Shown here: piece after piece, positions 10,077 through 20,922 of the stretch | Numbering within the stretch: the stretch's first letter is position 1 | Layout of the letters: every line of letters starts with the position of its first letter | Assembly: GCA_963789395.1 (NCBI GenBank) | Contig: CAWBKP010000012.1 | Span: 224,001 to 288,000, forward strand | Source of the DNA: an uncultured delta proteobacterium | GTDB lineage: Bacteria > Desulfobacterota > Desulfobacteria > Desulfobacterales > Desulfatirhabdiaceae | Direction: 5' to 3' | Length of the DNA: 64,000 nucleotides | Program-made: the position numbers and the translations under genes | Notes under the pieces: generated by a model | What the model was told of the DNA's origin: nothing | The model's database searches: none | Seen by the model: the letters and a program-made list of their open reading frames with translations, nothing else

Positions 10077-12068
10077 ATGTCTTTTGATCTGGTTTCACCG
10101 TTTGTTCCTAGAGGCGATCAACCCCAGGCGATCGAGATGCTCTGCAGGCATCTTCAATCCGGAAGCAAGCACCATGTGCTGTTGGGGGTTACAGGCTCCG
10201 GCAAGACCTTTACCATGGCCCAGGTCATTGCCCGGCTGGACAGGCCGAGCCTTGTCATCGCCCCCAACAAGACCCTGGCCGCCCAGTTGTACAGTGAATT
10301 CCGCTCGCTGTTCCCGAACAATGCCGTGGAATATTTCGTCAGCTATTATGATTACTACCAGCCCGAAGCCTATATCCCGACGAGCGACACCTATATTCAG
10401 AAAGATTCCTCGATCAACGAAACCATCGACAAGATGCGCCACTCCGCCACCATGTCTGTCCTGACGCGCCGGGACGTTCTGGTTGTGGCCAGCGTTTCCT
10501 GCATCTACGGATTGGGAGCGCCGGAGGACTATCTTGCCATGCGGGTTCCCATTGAATGCGGGACGGAAATGCCGAGAGACTCTTTCCTGCGGAGCCTGGT
10601 GGCCATTCAGTACGAGCGGAACGATATGGATTTTCACCGGGGGGTGTTCCGGGTCCGGGGAGACCGGGTGGAAATCTTTCCCGCCTACGAAGAGGACAAA
10701 GCCGTTCGGGTGGAGTTTTTCGGGGATGAAATCGACGGCATCTTCGAAATCGATCCGCTCAGAGGCACGGTCATCAGGAAACTGAATCAAACGGCCATTT
10801 TTCCGGCCAGCCATTATGTCACCCAGAAAACCACGCTTCAGCGGGCGGTGCATTCCATTCTGGCTGAAATGAAAGACCAGGTAGCGTTTTTCCGGCAGGA
10901 AAACAAACTCATCGAGGCCCAGCGGATCGAGGAAAGAACCCAGTATGATATCGAAATGATGATGGAGATCGGATACTGCAACGGCATTGAAAATTATTCC
11001 CGGCACCTGACAGGACGATCACAAGGAGAGCCGCCCCCGACGCTTCTGGATTATTTTCCGGAGGATTATCTGGTTTTTTTTGATGAAAGCCATATTGCCG
11101 TTCCGCAGATGCGTGCCATGTACCAGGGGGACCGGTCCCGCAAAAACACCCTGGTGCATTACGGATTCCGCCTGCCGTCCGCCCTGGACAACCGCCCACT
11201 TAAATTCGAAGAATCCGAAGACCGGATCCATCAGGTGGTCTATGTCTCGGCAACGCCCGCGGACTACGAAATGGAAAAAGGAAAAGATGCCCTGGTCGAG
11301 CAGATCGTGCGGCCCACTGGACTCATTGATCCCGAAATCGAGGTAAGAAGCGCGCAGCATCAGGTGGATGATTTATTGGAGGAAATCGGAAAACGCACCC
11401 TGCAGAAAGAGCGCGTGCTGGTCACCACTCTGACCAAGCGGATGGCAGAGGATTTGACCGAATACTACACGGATATGGGAATCCGGGTGCGCTATCTGCA
11501 TTCGGACATAACCACCCTGGAGCGGATGGATATCATCCGGGACCTTCGACTGGGGGAATTTGACGTTCTGGTGGGCATCAACCTCCTGCGGGAAGGGCTG
11601 GATATTCCCGAAGTGTCCCTTGTGGCGATTCTGGATGCGGACAAGGAAGGGTTTCTGCGTTCCACCCGGTCTCTGATACAAACCTGCGGCAGGGCAGCCA
11701 GAAATCTTCAGGGAAAGGTCATTCTCTATGCCGACAAGGTCACCGATTCCATGCGCCGGGCAATGGATGAAACATTGCGCCGCCGTGAAATCCAGACCAC
11801 ATATAATCTGAAGCACCACATCGTTCCGGAAACCATTACCAAAGAAATCACCGCCATGTTTGAAACCGTCACGGACACGGGTAAAACAGCCAGAAACAAA
11901 GCAGCCGAATCGGTAAAACCTTTTCAAACTCTTGATGAACTGGACAGCATCATCGCATCGCTTGAAAGTGAAATGGAAGCCGCGGCAAAAGCCCTGGATT
12001 TTGAGCGGGCGGCCATGTTCAGGGATCACATCAAAGAACTTCGAAAAACTGCTGTTTTCACGGTATAA
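10077..12068 (+). CDS. uvrB: Excinuclease ABC subunit B
   Basis: [36 protein letters not shown] motifs and C-terminal UVR domain. Confidence 0.98.
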   Translation: MSFDLVSPFVPRGDQPQAIEMLCRHLQSGSKHHVLLGVTGSGKTFTMAQVIARLDRPSLVIAPNKTLAAQLYSEFRSLFPNNAVEYFVSYYDYYQPEAYIPTSDTYIQKDSSINETIDKMRHSATMSVLTRRDVLVVASVSCIYGLGAPEDYLAMRVPIECGTEMPRDSFLRSLVAIQYERNDMDFHRGVFRVRGDRVEIFPAYEEDKAVRVEFFGDEIDGIFEIDPLRGTVIRKLNQTAIFPASHYVTQKTTLQRAVHSILAEMKDQVAFFRQENKLIEAQRIEERTQYDIEMMMEIGYCNGIENYSRHLTGRSQGEPPPTLLDYFPEDYLVFFDESHIAVPQMRAMYQGDRSRKNTLVHYGFRLPSALDNRPLKFEESEDRIHQVVYVSATPADYEMEKGKDALVEQIVRPTGLIDPEIEVRSAQHQVDDLLEEIGKRTLQKERVLVTTLTKRMAEDLTEYYTDMGIRVRYLHSDITTLERMDIIRDLRLGEFDVLVGINLLREGLDIPEVSLVAILDADKEGFLRSTRSLIQTCGRAARNLQGKVILYADKVTDSMRRAMDETLRRREIQTTYNLKHHIVPETITKEITAMFETVTDTGKTARNKAAESVKPFQTLDELDSIIASLESEMEAAAKALDFERAAMFRDHIKELRKTAVFTV

Positions 12069-12144
12069 TCCGTCCAATTTATTATTCGGGCATAACCGTC
12101 CGTTCAGACAGCACTGATTTGAGTCTCCCTTCCCAGAAAATTAA

Positions 12145-12228
12145 TTCCCCCTTTTTAGAAGGAGGCCAGGGGGGATTTCAAATGGTCCGTAAAAAATCCC
12201 CCTCAATTCCCCTTTTACAATGGGGAAG
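12145..12228. repeat. Inverted pair of REP-like C-run/G-run palindromic units between convergent genes
   Basis: ttccccctttttagaaggaggccaggggggattt (12145-12178) and aaatccccctcaattccccttttacaatggggaag (12194-12228) are imperfect inverted copies. Confidence 0.65.
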
Positions 12229-12277
12229 GTATCCTTTTTATTGCCGGGCGTGAATGCCCTCGGAAATTCATGCTCGG

Positions 12278-14265
12278 TTACGACCTCTGACTGAGATGGG
12301 GAAAACAATCCGTCATATGGGGCAGTTGCGTAGCTTCGATGAGTTGATGCTGAAAATCTTTTTCCAGTGTCAGTTCGATATAGGTCACGTTTTGACATAC
12401 CTGGTCGGCTTCCAGCCGTTTTTTTCGATCCAGCAGTACGATCCGGCATCCGTCTCCGGCAGCATTTCCCACGCAGCTGACGGTTTCAAGCGGCGCGTCC
12501 GGAAACATCCCCATCACCAGCGCCAGCCTGCGGTCCACATGGGTGCCGAAAGCGCCGGCGATTTTTACACGATCGGCTGCTGGAAGATTCAGCCTGCGCA
12601 TCATGAGCTTGCATCCGGTGTAGATGGATGCCTTGGCCAGCTGAATCTGGCGGATGTCTTTCTGGGTGATGACGATATCTTTTCCCATAACGGTTTCATT
12701 GGCCCAGGCCAGAACGAATTCCTTCATGCCGGTTTCCGGATTTTCCCGGAACCGTTCGGTGCGCCGGGCATCGGCACTGAAAGCGCCGCTCTTGGCAACA
12801 ATGCCTGCCAGAAAAAGCTGGGCCAGTACATCCAGAATGCCGGAGCCGCATATACCGCGGGTTTTCATGTCTTCGGGAACCGAATAGCTTCGCCAGGCAT
12901 CCCGTCCAATGACTTTATAGTCCACTTCATGGGTATCCGGATCGATGGACACCCTTTCAATGGCGCCGGGCGCCGCCCGCATGCCGAATTCGATCTGGGC
13001 CCCTTCCAGGGCGGGACCCGTGGCGCACGAAGAGCAGATCAACTGATCTTTGTTGCCCAGCACCAGCTCTCCGTTGGTGCCGATATCGATGATAAGCTGG
13101 ATTTCTTCATGCTGGTGGGGCGCTTCGGCCAGAATGACGCCGATATTGTCGCCGCCGACATACCCCGCCGGATTGGGAAGAAAAAACACATTGGCCGAAG
13201 GGTTGATGCGAAGCCCGATATCCCTGGCTTTCACATCCAGACTGTGATGCACTACGGGCGTAAAGGGAATGGACCCCAGCGGTTCGGGATCGAGCTGGAG
13301 CAGAATATGATGCATGGCCGTGTTGCATCCGATGGTGACATCCAGAATATCTTCGCGGGCAAATGCGTGCCGTTCCATCTGTTTCGGATTTCTCATCTCC
13401 AGTCGACTCACTGCCGCCGCAAAGGGCCTGATCGACCAGCTGGTTCAGAGCACCTACCAGCTCGGCGCTCATCCGTGCCAAGCCCCCGGGATTGCCCATA
13501 TGATAGGTGATGCGCGAAACCACGTCTTCGCCATACCGGACCTGGGGATTCATCATGGACAGGGTGTCCAGCACCTTGCCGGTGTTCAGGTCGCAAAGGT
13601 AGGCGGCAAGGGTGGTGGTTCCGATGTCGATGGCCAGTCCATAGCCTGTAACCTGCCTTCCGGACCGAAACCGGATGATTTCCCGATCCATCCAGATGCT
13701 GACGGTGATTTTCCAGTCTCCGTCTCTGAGCGCCCGAGGAAGGCCGCGCATGGCAATAATATCGCAATGCAGCCCACGCAGGCCATGCTGTGTTTCCAAT
13801 GCATCCAAAACCCGCTCGAGATCTGCGGTTGAATCCTCAAGCGTCGGTTCTTTCACCGCAATCACAGTAGTGTTTTACGGCAGGATCCAGGTCGATTGGA
13901 ATCTCTCTGGCGGCTTTACTCACTACCTGCTTTCCGGCACGGGAGGCTTCCGGCACAAATATCAGCAGATCTCCCTGCACCGAAGCTGCGCAACCCAGGC
14001 GGTATCCGGCCTGTCTTTCCGCAGCGTCGATAAAGGCGCTCTCCGAATCCTGCCACGCCCCGGCATGCTCCGCTCTGGATTTCAAGCCGAATTTTTCAAA
14101 TTCACCTTCTTCTATTCTGATTTTACATTTGCCGCATACTTGTGTTTCGCCGCAGGGCGCTTCGATATCCACGCCAAGAAGTCTGGATGCCTCCACCACC
14201 GATATCCCAAGAGGTACCGCCCCCCTTCTTCCCGAAGGCTGAAAAATAACCATCGCCGTATTCAC
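12278..14265 (-). CDS. ASKHA-domain reductive activator of corrinoid proteins (RACE/DUF4445) with N-terminal [2Fe-2S] ferredoxin; frameshifts near 13870 and 13420
   Basis: CGETQVCGKC...RLGC, AIDIGTTT, NPQVRYGEDVVSRI, DIGTNGE, ATGPALEG, GICGSG and GNAA across three consecutive ORFs. Confidence 0.9.
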
Positions 14266-14358
14266 GTCCGCCTCCCTTCAACACCCGGCAGTTTTCGGAG
14301 TTTCCTGAATCACCCACAAGGTTCAGGGTTCCATTGCACGTCCGCATATCAGCCGGAA

Positions 14359-14368
14359 TGTCTATACA
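14359..14368. promoter_or_regulatory. Putative HutC operator upstream of the ASKHA gene
   Basis: TGTCTATACA (TGTATAGACA on minus), one mismatch from the palindrome; minus-strand TTGACA at 14394-14389. Confidence 0.55.
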
Positions 14369-14520
14369 AACCATTTCAACCGTTTTCATGTCAATACGAA
14401 ATCGAACAGCCCCACCATACCGACACTTAACCAACTCAGATTACGTAGAAACCCGTCCCGATAAAAGCATGAATGACATTTCCAAAGACAGGACCAAAAT
14501 GATGCAGCCGGTGTTTTTTC

Positions 14521-14571
14521 TTGACAATATCACACGGGTCAAATTATTTGTGGAATCAAACTGTATATACA
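14521..14571 (+). promoter_or_regulatory. sigma70-like -35 (TTGACA 14521-14526) and putative HutC operator TGTATATACA (14562-14571)
   Basis: Perfect palindrome; context CTGTATATACAACA is identical to the site at 27432-27445. Confidence 0.7.
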
Positions 14572-14789
14572 ACAATAAGGTGTTACACCCCAATCAATAC
14601 CCGAAGATTAATAAAAGATCAATGTAACCTGTTGACTTAAAACCCAACATTTTTATATAACATCAATAAGTAAAGAATATCCGTTTACGGAACAATATCT
14701 CAGACTGTATTTGCGTTTTATCGGATTCTCCGGATAGCATCGAAGAAGGTTGCACTCGATACGGCAACCGAAACCATGGAAACTGCCGA

Positions 14790-15611
14790 ATGAACAGCCT
14801 GTCCCAGAAAGCCAAGAAAAAACTCCGGTTTTTCCGTAACCATTCATCACTCATTGATGTCCTGAAATATCTATCCGTCATTCTGTCTATTATCTGGCTG
14901 ATCACTGCTGGAACAGAAAAACTCGGATATAACTGGCAGTGGTACCGTGTTCCCCGTTACATCTTCACGTTCGAGGACGGTCACCTGGCCGCCGGCCCCC
15001 TCATCCAGGGCCTGATGATCACGTTTCAAGTTTCCGGGATCAGCCTGCTGTTTTCCTTTGCCATCGGACTGACGGCGGCCCTGTTTCGGCTGTCCAACTC
15101 CCATGCAGCCCGATTTCTGGCGCGCTGCTATCTGGAAACGATCCGCAACACGCCACTGGTGGTTCAGCTCTTTTTTATCTATTTTGTTCTTGGTCCGGTC
15201 CTGGGGATCGAACGTTTTTTTTGTGCTGTTTTAGCCCTTAGCCTTTTTGAAGGAGCCTATGCCTCGGAAATTTTTCGAGCCGGCATCGTTTCCATTCATA
15301 AGGGTCAGTGGGAAGCCGCCTACAGCCTGGGACTCAGCGGATTCGACACCTATCGCTGCATTGTTCTGCCCCAGGCCATCCGGCGAATTCTGCCGCCGCT
15401 GACCAGTCAGGGAATTTCCCTGATCAAGGACTCGGCCCTGGTCAGCATTATCGCAGTCTATGACCTGACCATGCAGGGCCAGGTCATCATCTCTGAAACC
15501 TTTCTGACTTTTGAGCTCTGGTTTACGGTTGCCGCCATTTACCTGGCCGTCACCGTAACGCTGTCGGTTCTGGTCAATTTCCTGGAGAATCACCTCAGCG
15601 TTCAGACATAG
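14790..15611 (+). CDS. Polar amino-acid ABC transporter permease (HisM/GlnP family)
   Basis: [11 protein letters not shown] and [11 protein letters not shown]...GQWEAA..LG EAA loop. Confidence 0.92.
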   Translation: MNSLSQKAKKKLRFFRNHSSLIDVLKYLSVILSIIWLITAGTEKLGYNWQWYRVPRYIFTFEDGHLAAGPLIQGLMITFQVSGISLLFSFAIGLTAALFRLSNSHAARFLARCYLETIRNTPLVVQLFFIYFVLGPVLGIERFFCAVLALSLFEGAYASEIFRAGIVSIHKGQWEAAYSLGLSGFDTYRCIVLPQAIRRILPPLTSQGISLIKDSALVSIIAVYDLTMQGQVIISETFLTFELWFTVAAIYLAVTVTLSVLVNFLENHLSVQT

Positions 15612-15634
15612 ACGTTAAGGAAGGAGCCTTTCGA

Positions 15635-16390
15635 ATGCAGGAAAAACAGTTCGGTGATTACATCATCACCGTGGAGAACATCAACAAGACCTTCTCCAAC
15701 GGTGTCGTGGCGCTGGATGATTTCACAACCCATATCCGGCGCAGCGAAGTGGTTGTGGTCATCGGCCCTTCCGGATCCGGCAAATCCACATTTCTGCGCT
15801 GCCTGAACGGTCTTGAGGATATAGACAGCGGATCCATTGTGGTCGACGGCATTCCGCTGGACGACAATAAGAAAAACAGGCTTGAGATCCGGAAAGAAGT
15901 CGGCATGGTCTTTCAGCAGTTCAATCTCTTTCCGCACATGACCGTCCGCGACAATATCAATCTGGCCCAGCAACTGGTTCGGAAAAAAAGCCGTGCTGAG
16001 GCAACAGAAATGACCATGGACCTGCTTCGAAAGGTCAATATCTTGGAGAAAGCCGATGCTTTTCCGGCCCAGCTGAGCGGCGGCCAGCAGCAGCGGGTAG
16101 CCATTGCCCGGGCACTTGCCATGATGCCCAAGGTCATGCTGTTTGATGAAGCCACCAGCGCTCTGGACCCGGAGATGATCGGCGAGGTGCTGGAAGTCAT
16201 GAAAACCCTTGCCAGAGAAGGGATGACCATGGTGGTGGTCACCCATGAAATGGGGTTTGCCCGTGAGGTGAGCGACTGGGTGATTTTCATGGAAAACGGG
16301 AAAATTGTGGAAGGGGGAACTGCCGAGCATTTTTTCAGTCAACCCCGGGAGGAACGGACCCGGGTTTTTCTCAGCCAGATACTGTCATAG
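15635..16390 (+). CDS. Polar amino-acid ABC transporter ATP-binding protein (GlnQ/HisP family)
   Basis: [34 protein letters not shown] and VVVTHEM motifs. Confidence 0.95.
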   Translation: MQEKQFGDYIITVENINKTFSNGVVALDDFTTHIRRSEVVVVIGPSGSGKSTFLRCLNGLEDIDSGSIVVDGIPLDDNKKNRLEIRKEVGMVFQQFNLFPHMTVRDNINLAQQLVRKKSRAEATEMTMDLLRKVNILEKADAFPAQLSGGQQQRVAIARALAMMPKVMLFDEATSALDPEMIGEVLEVMKTLAREGMTMVVVTHEMGFAREVSDWVIFMENGKIVEGGTAEHFFSQPREERTRVFLSQILS

Positions 16391-16426
16391 AATTTCTCTT
16401 CAGACAATAAATGTAAGGTTTGCATC

Positions 16427-17308
16427 TTGAGGAAAAAACTGAAATTTACACTGCTGGATGCCGTCATTCTGCTAATTGTCGCTGCCATCCTGGGCTATAT
16501 CAGTTACCGCATCACCGTCGGGCTGCATTATAATTGGAACTGGGGAGCCATTCCCCAATACCTGTTTCGCCGGGATGCGGAAACCGGAAAATGGACAGCA
16601 AATCTATTGATGCAGGGCCTTTTTACGACAATTCGGCTCAGCATCTGGGCAACCTTGCTGGCAACGATTCTGGGAACCGTTGCCGGTTTTTTCCGAATCA
16701 GCAAAAGTCTGTTCAAACGTCTGCTGGGGCGAACGTTCGTGGAGTTGATTCGAAATACGCCCCCCCTGGTGCTGATCTTTATCTTTTATTTTTTTGTCAG
16801 CGATCAGATCATGCCGATTCTGGGCGTGGATGAGTTTGCCAGAAATGCCTCGGCGCGCACACAAAGCATATTGACTTTCCTGTTCGCGCCGCCGCGGTTT
16901 CTTACCGCGTTCATTTCAGCCACAGTAACCGTTGCGATTTTCGAGGCAGCCTATATCACGGAAATCATTCGCGCCGGCATTCAGTCCATAGAAAAAGGCC
17001 AGTTCGAAGCCGCTCATGCCCTGGGATTGTCCTGGCGGCAGAAAATGCAGCATGTCATCCTGCCCCAGGCCATTCAGAGAATCCTGCCCCCGCTGGCCGG
17101 TCAATTTATCTCCACCATCAAGGATTCGGCCATTGTTTCGGTGATCTCCATTCCGGAACTCTGTTTTCAGGGGATGGAGCTGATGGCCGCCACCTACCTG
17201 ACGTTTGAATGCTGGATCACCATTACGGTTTTGTACCTGATACTGACCCTCAGTCTGTCCCTGGCAGTAGAGCGTCTGGAAATATTCATGAGAAGGAGCA
17301 CAGCTTGA
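16427..17308 (+). CDS. Polar amino-acid ABC transporter permease
   Basis: ELIRNTPPLV and AYITEIIRAGIQSIEKGQFEAA..LG; TTG start. Confidence 0.92.
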   Translation: MRKKLKFTLLDAVILLIVAAILGYISYRITVGLHYNWNWGAIPQYLFRRDAETGKWTANLLMQGLFTTIRLSIWATLLATILGTVAGFFRISKSLFKRLLGRTFVELIRNTPPLVLIFIFYFFVSDQIMPILGVDEFARNASARTQSILTFLFAPPRFLTAFISATVTVAIFEAAYITEIIRAGIQSIEKGQFEAAHALGLSWRQKMQHVILPQAIQRILPPLAGQFISTIKDSAIVSVISIPELCFQGMELMAATYLTFECWITITVLYLILTLSLSLAVERLEIFMRRSTA

Positions 17309-17340
17309 TTAATGAACATCACACACCAAAAGGAGGCATT

Positions 17341-18175
17341 ATGAGAATCAAATCGTCGTTGCTGAAGTCCGCCATCACACTTTTTCTGATTTTCTGTTTT
17401 ATTTCGCCGGCCCTTGCCGGGGATTTGGAAAACAAACTTGCAGCAGAAAGCACCATCGAACAGGTCATGAAACGCGGCGTGCTCAAGGTCGGAATGTCCA
17501 CCTTTGTTCCCTGGGCCATGAACGACAAAAGCGGGCAACTCGTGGGATTTGAAATTGATGTGGCCAAACGTCTGGCAGCCGATATGGGCGTCAAGGTCGA
17601 ATTTGTTCCGACCAAATGGGCGGGAATCATTCCTGCCCTGCTGACGGGTAAATTTGATGTCATCATCGGTGGTATGTCGGTTCAACCGGGACGGAACGCA
17701 GAAAGTCAATTTCAGTATTCCTTACGATTACACCGGACAGGCCATTGTGGCCAACAAACAACTGGCTTCCGGATTCAAAAGCCTGGACGATTTCAACAAA
17801 CCGGACGTCACGATTGCCGCCAGACTGGGATCCTCCTCGGTTGCCACTGTCAAGCAGTACATGCCCAAAGCCAAGCTGACACTCTTTGACGACGAATCCC
17901 AGGCTTATCAGGAAGTCATCAACGGCAAAGCCCATGCGATGGTGGGTTCTGCCCCGACGCCGGCATTCCAGGCCCTGAAATATCCCGAAGTCCTTTTCAT
18001 CCCCATCGAAGGGACGTTTACCAAAGAACCCATTGCCTTTGCCGTTCGAAAAAGCGACTATGACACCATCAATTATTTCAACAACTGGATAACTGTCGTT
18101 GCTTCCGAAGGCTGGCTGAAAGAAAGAAAGCACTACTGGTTTGAAACCAAGGATTGGGAATCATCCATTCAGTAA
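17341..18175 (+). CDS. Polar amino-acid ABC substrate-binding protein (SBP_bac_3), frameshift near 17695
   Basis: AGGAGG RBS, signal peptide, GFEIDVA and WAGIIPALLTGKFDVIIGGM; continues in ORF 17654-18175 (VNFSIPY). Confidence 0.9.
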
Positions 18176-18185
18176 TAAAGCGGGG

Positions 18186-18251
18186 GCCTGAACGGAAAAT
18201 CCGTTCGGGCCAAATCCGAAATCCGAATATCGTAATACGAAACAAATTCAA
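18186..18251 (+). repeat. Composite intergenic repeat (copy 2): GCCTGAACGG hairpin plus heptamer tract; probable terminator function
   Basis: gcctgaacgg-aaaat-ccgttcgggc followed by aaatccgaaatccgaatatcgtaatacgaaacaaattc, 10 nt after the SBP stop. Confidence 0.75.
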
Positions 18252-18347
18252 TACGCCAATATCTAAACTGTTCTGCCGGCACCCAATCCGGGACTTGGGA
18301 GCCGGCAGATCTTCAATCGTTCTCAGAAATCGGTCAATTTTTGTTTT

Positions 18348-20434
18348 TCAATTCCCTTCCGTTTCCAGCTTTTCGATGCGCACCGGCACGGCTTTCAGAA
18401 GGGGAAACCCGCTGATGGGATCATTGATGTGATCAAAGGTGACAAAATTGATCCGCCAGTCTTCCCAGCCATGATAGACTTCGATGACCCCCCGGAGCAG
18501 TTCCGCCCTGTGGACGATCCTGGCTTCAATGACCAGGGAGCCGGCTTCAGAAACTATCCGGACCTGTTCCCTGTTCACAATTCCCAGAAGCGATGCGTCA
18601 TCCGGGTGGATTTCAACCTCCGCAGTGGTATGTACCCTTCTGAACCGCTCGATATTCTGATGCCGGGAATGGTAAAACAGCGTCTTGCGGGCTCCTGTCG
18701 TCAGCAGCAGCGGATAATCCGCGTTTTTGTGGCGCAGGTGATAAGGCGGCAAATACTCGGGAATCTCGGAAAGGCCCAGTTTTTTCAGATAGGAGGAGGC
18801 AAACTCCACCTTGCCGGATGGGGTGGGCAGTGGCTTGAACCGGTATTTCTGATAGCGACAGCGCCTTGTATTGAATGCCTTCGGGATCGTGCCTGAAGCG
18901 CTTCCAGCCCGATTCCGGACGGCTCCAGGATGTAGCGGTTCACCTCGGTTTCGTTTTCCCACGGAAAATAGCGCTCCCCGAATCCCAGCCGCCGGGCCAG
19001 GTCTTTCCAGAGCATGTATTCATCACATACGCCGGGTATCTGGGCAACCCGGGCCGTCAGATAAACGCGCTGGTGCTTGTGGTTGATATGAATCTCGGAG
19101 CGTTCCAGATAGGAGGCTGCCGGCAGAATATAATGGGCAAGCCGGGCCGTTCGGGTCATGAACAGGTCGTTGACCACCAGAAGATCCAGGCAGGACAGCG
19201 CCGCCTCGACTTTTTGCGTGTTGGGATTTGTCACCGCAGGGTTGGCGCCGGTAATGACAAGTCCTTTCAGGGGATATTCGCCAAGACCCATCATATAGTC
19301 CATGGCCGTCATGGTATGGCATTCCTTGCGAATGTCATAGAGCACCGGAAACAGATCCGCGCCGATGGGTCTTTCTTTTTCAAGCGGCAGTTCCTCATAC
19401 AGGGTCAGGTCGCGCCGGTGCAGGGTTTCCGGCCAGCCGAACCCGCACTCGATATCCAGTGCCCCGCAGAGACAGGACAGAATAGCCAGCGCGCGAATGT
19501 TGTTCACGCCGTTTTCATGGTGCTCCAAACCGGCGCCGACATAAAGGCTGACCTTCGGACGGTTTTTATTTATCAGCTCGGCCATTTTTACCACGACATC
19601 CGCATAGACACCGGTTTTTTCCTCCACGGCCTGCGGGGTAAAGGCTTCGGCGTATGCAGCGATTTTATCCATGCCGATACAGTATCGCTCAACAAAAGGC
19701 CGATCATACCCGCCTGTCCGGATCAGTTGGTGAATCAGGCCCCAGGCCAGGGCCCCGTCGGTTCCCGGAAGGGGCTGCGCGAAAATATCCGCGTAACAGG
19801 CAATGGGATTCAGGCGCGGGTCCACCACCACCAGATTTGCCCCCCTGGCCCGTGCGTCGGCAAATTCGGCCATGAACGGCGGATGACATACCGGCGGATT
19901 GGTGCCAAACAGCAGAATCAGCCCGGCGCTGGAATAGTCCGGAAAAGGATTCCAGAAACCGGCAACCAGATAATGCCCCAGATACCGGCTGTTAAAGCAG
20001 GCGGAATCATTGGAAAAATAATTCGGCGTTCCAAAGGCGTGCGCAAAACGGCGCACATATTCCTCCTGCTGCAGAAATCCGACGGCCTCGCCCTTCCACA
20101 CGCCGACAGAACGGGCCCCGAAATCGTTCTTGATGCGAAGCAGTTTTTCGGCGATTTCATCCAGTGCCTGATCACGGGAAATTTCGATAAAATCGCCATT
20201 TGCCTGACGCTTCAATGGCTTTAAAATCCGGTCGGGATGATAAAACATATCCAGGGCCGCATTGCCGCGCGGGCACATCCGTCCCTGATTCACGGGATTT
20301 CCATCCGCCGGCGTGATGTCCGTCATGACACCGTCTTTTATGTGAACATCGATGCTGCAACGCGTGTCGCACATGCGGCAAAGGGTTCTCACCACTCCGT
20401 TTTCACAAACTGTCTTAACCGTCACTTGCATCAT
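18348..20434 (-). CDS. Mo/W-bis-PGD oxidoreductase catalytic subunit, acetylene-hydratase-like clade; frameshifts near 18890-18855
   Basis: CRMCDTRC...CPRG [4Fe-4S] motif, NYFSNDSAC (Cys ligand), VVVDPR, PGTDGALA, LPAASYLER, TPSGKVEF and molydop-binding C-terminus; no Tat signal. Confidence 0.9.
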
Positions 20435-20912
20435 CCTTACCGAACGGAACCGCCCGGATGCCAAGCCGTAAATCCGTCCGTTTGCGCTTGAGTTCCGCCA
20501 GTTCATTGATGCTGCCGAAATGAAGGGCCTTTGCCATGCAGACATCAACGCACCGGGGATGGCCGCCGCACAAATCGCATTTGGACGCCACACGCTGCAT
20601 GCCATCAAGTTGAACGCTGCCGAAGGGGCAGGCCACCACGCACAAACCGCAGCCGATGCACCTGGTTTTATCAACCACCACGGCATGGGTCTTTGCATCC
20701 CGGCTGAGGGCTCCGGATGGACACACCTTCATGCACATGGCCACTTCACACTGCCGGCACGTGACCGTAAAAATCCGTCTCAGGTCCATGTCCACATGAA
20801 CGAAGATATTGGCTGCATTGCCCTGGTGGGCTTCGGCCTGATGAAAAAAACAGACCCGCTCGCAACTCAGGCAAGCAATACACCGGTCGATTTCAATAAA
20901 TACGACGTTCAT
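20415..20912 (-). CDS. 4x[4Fe-4S] electron-transfer subunit (DmsB/CooF/HydN-like)
   Basis: CIACLSCERVC, CRQCEVAMCMKVCP, CIGCGLCVVACP and KCDLC...CVDVC; overlaps the start of the Mo enzyme. Confidence 0.92.
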   Translation of the reverse strand: MNVVFIEIDRCIACLSCERVCFFHQAEAHQGNAANIFVHVDMDLRRIFTVTCRQCEVAMCMKVCPSGALSRDAKTHAVVVDKTRCIGCGLCVVACPFGSVQLDGMQRVASKCDLCGGHPRCVDVCMAKALHFGSINELAELKRKRTDLRLGIRAVPFGKDDASDG

Positions 20913-20922
20913 GTCGCTTCCT

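Noticed and set aside
12254..13510. Long plus-strand ORF (418 aa), and similar ones at 18875-20224, 10095-11006, 25259-26089 and 43412-44218
   Set aside because: Antisense shadows of well-supported genes, with no motifs or RBS.
14123..14434. Small Gly-rich ORF upstream of the ASKHA gene
   Set aside because: It overlaps the ASKHA start out of frame, runs through the putative promoter and operator, and has no recognisable motif.
18348..20434. Formate dehydrogenase or selenoprotein reading of the Mo enzyme (to oxidise Hut-derived C1)
   Set aside because: The ligand is a TGC Cys followed by Phe (SACF), not the Cys/Sec-His pair of FDHs. The breaks are frameshifts, not an in-frame TGA.
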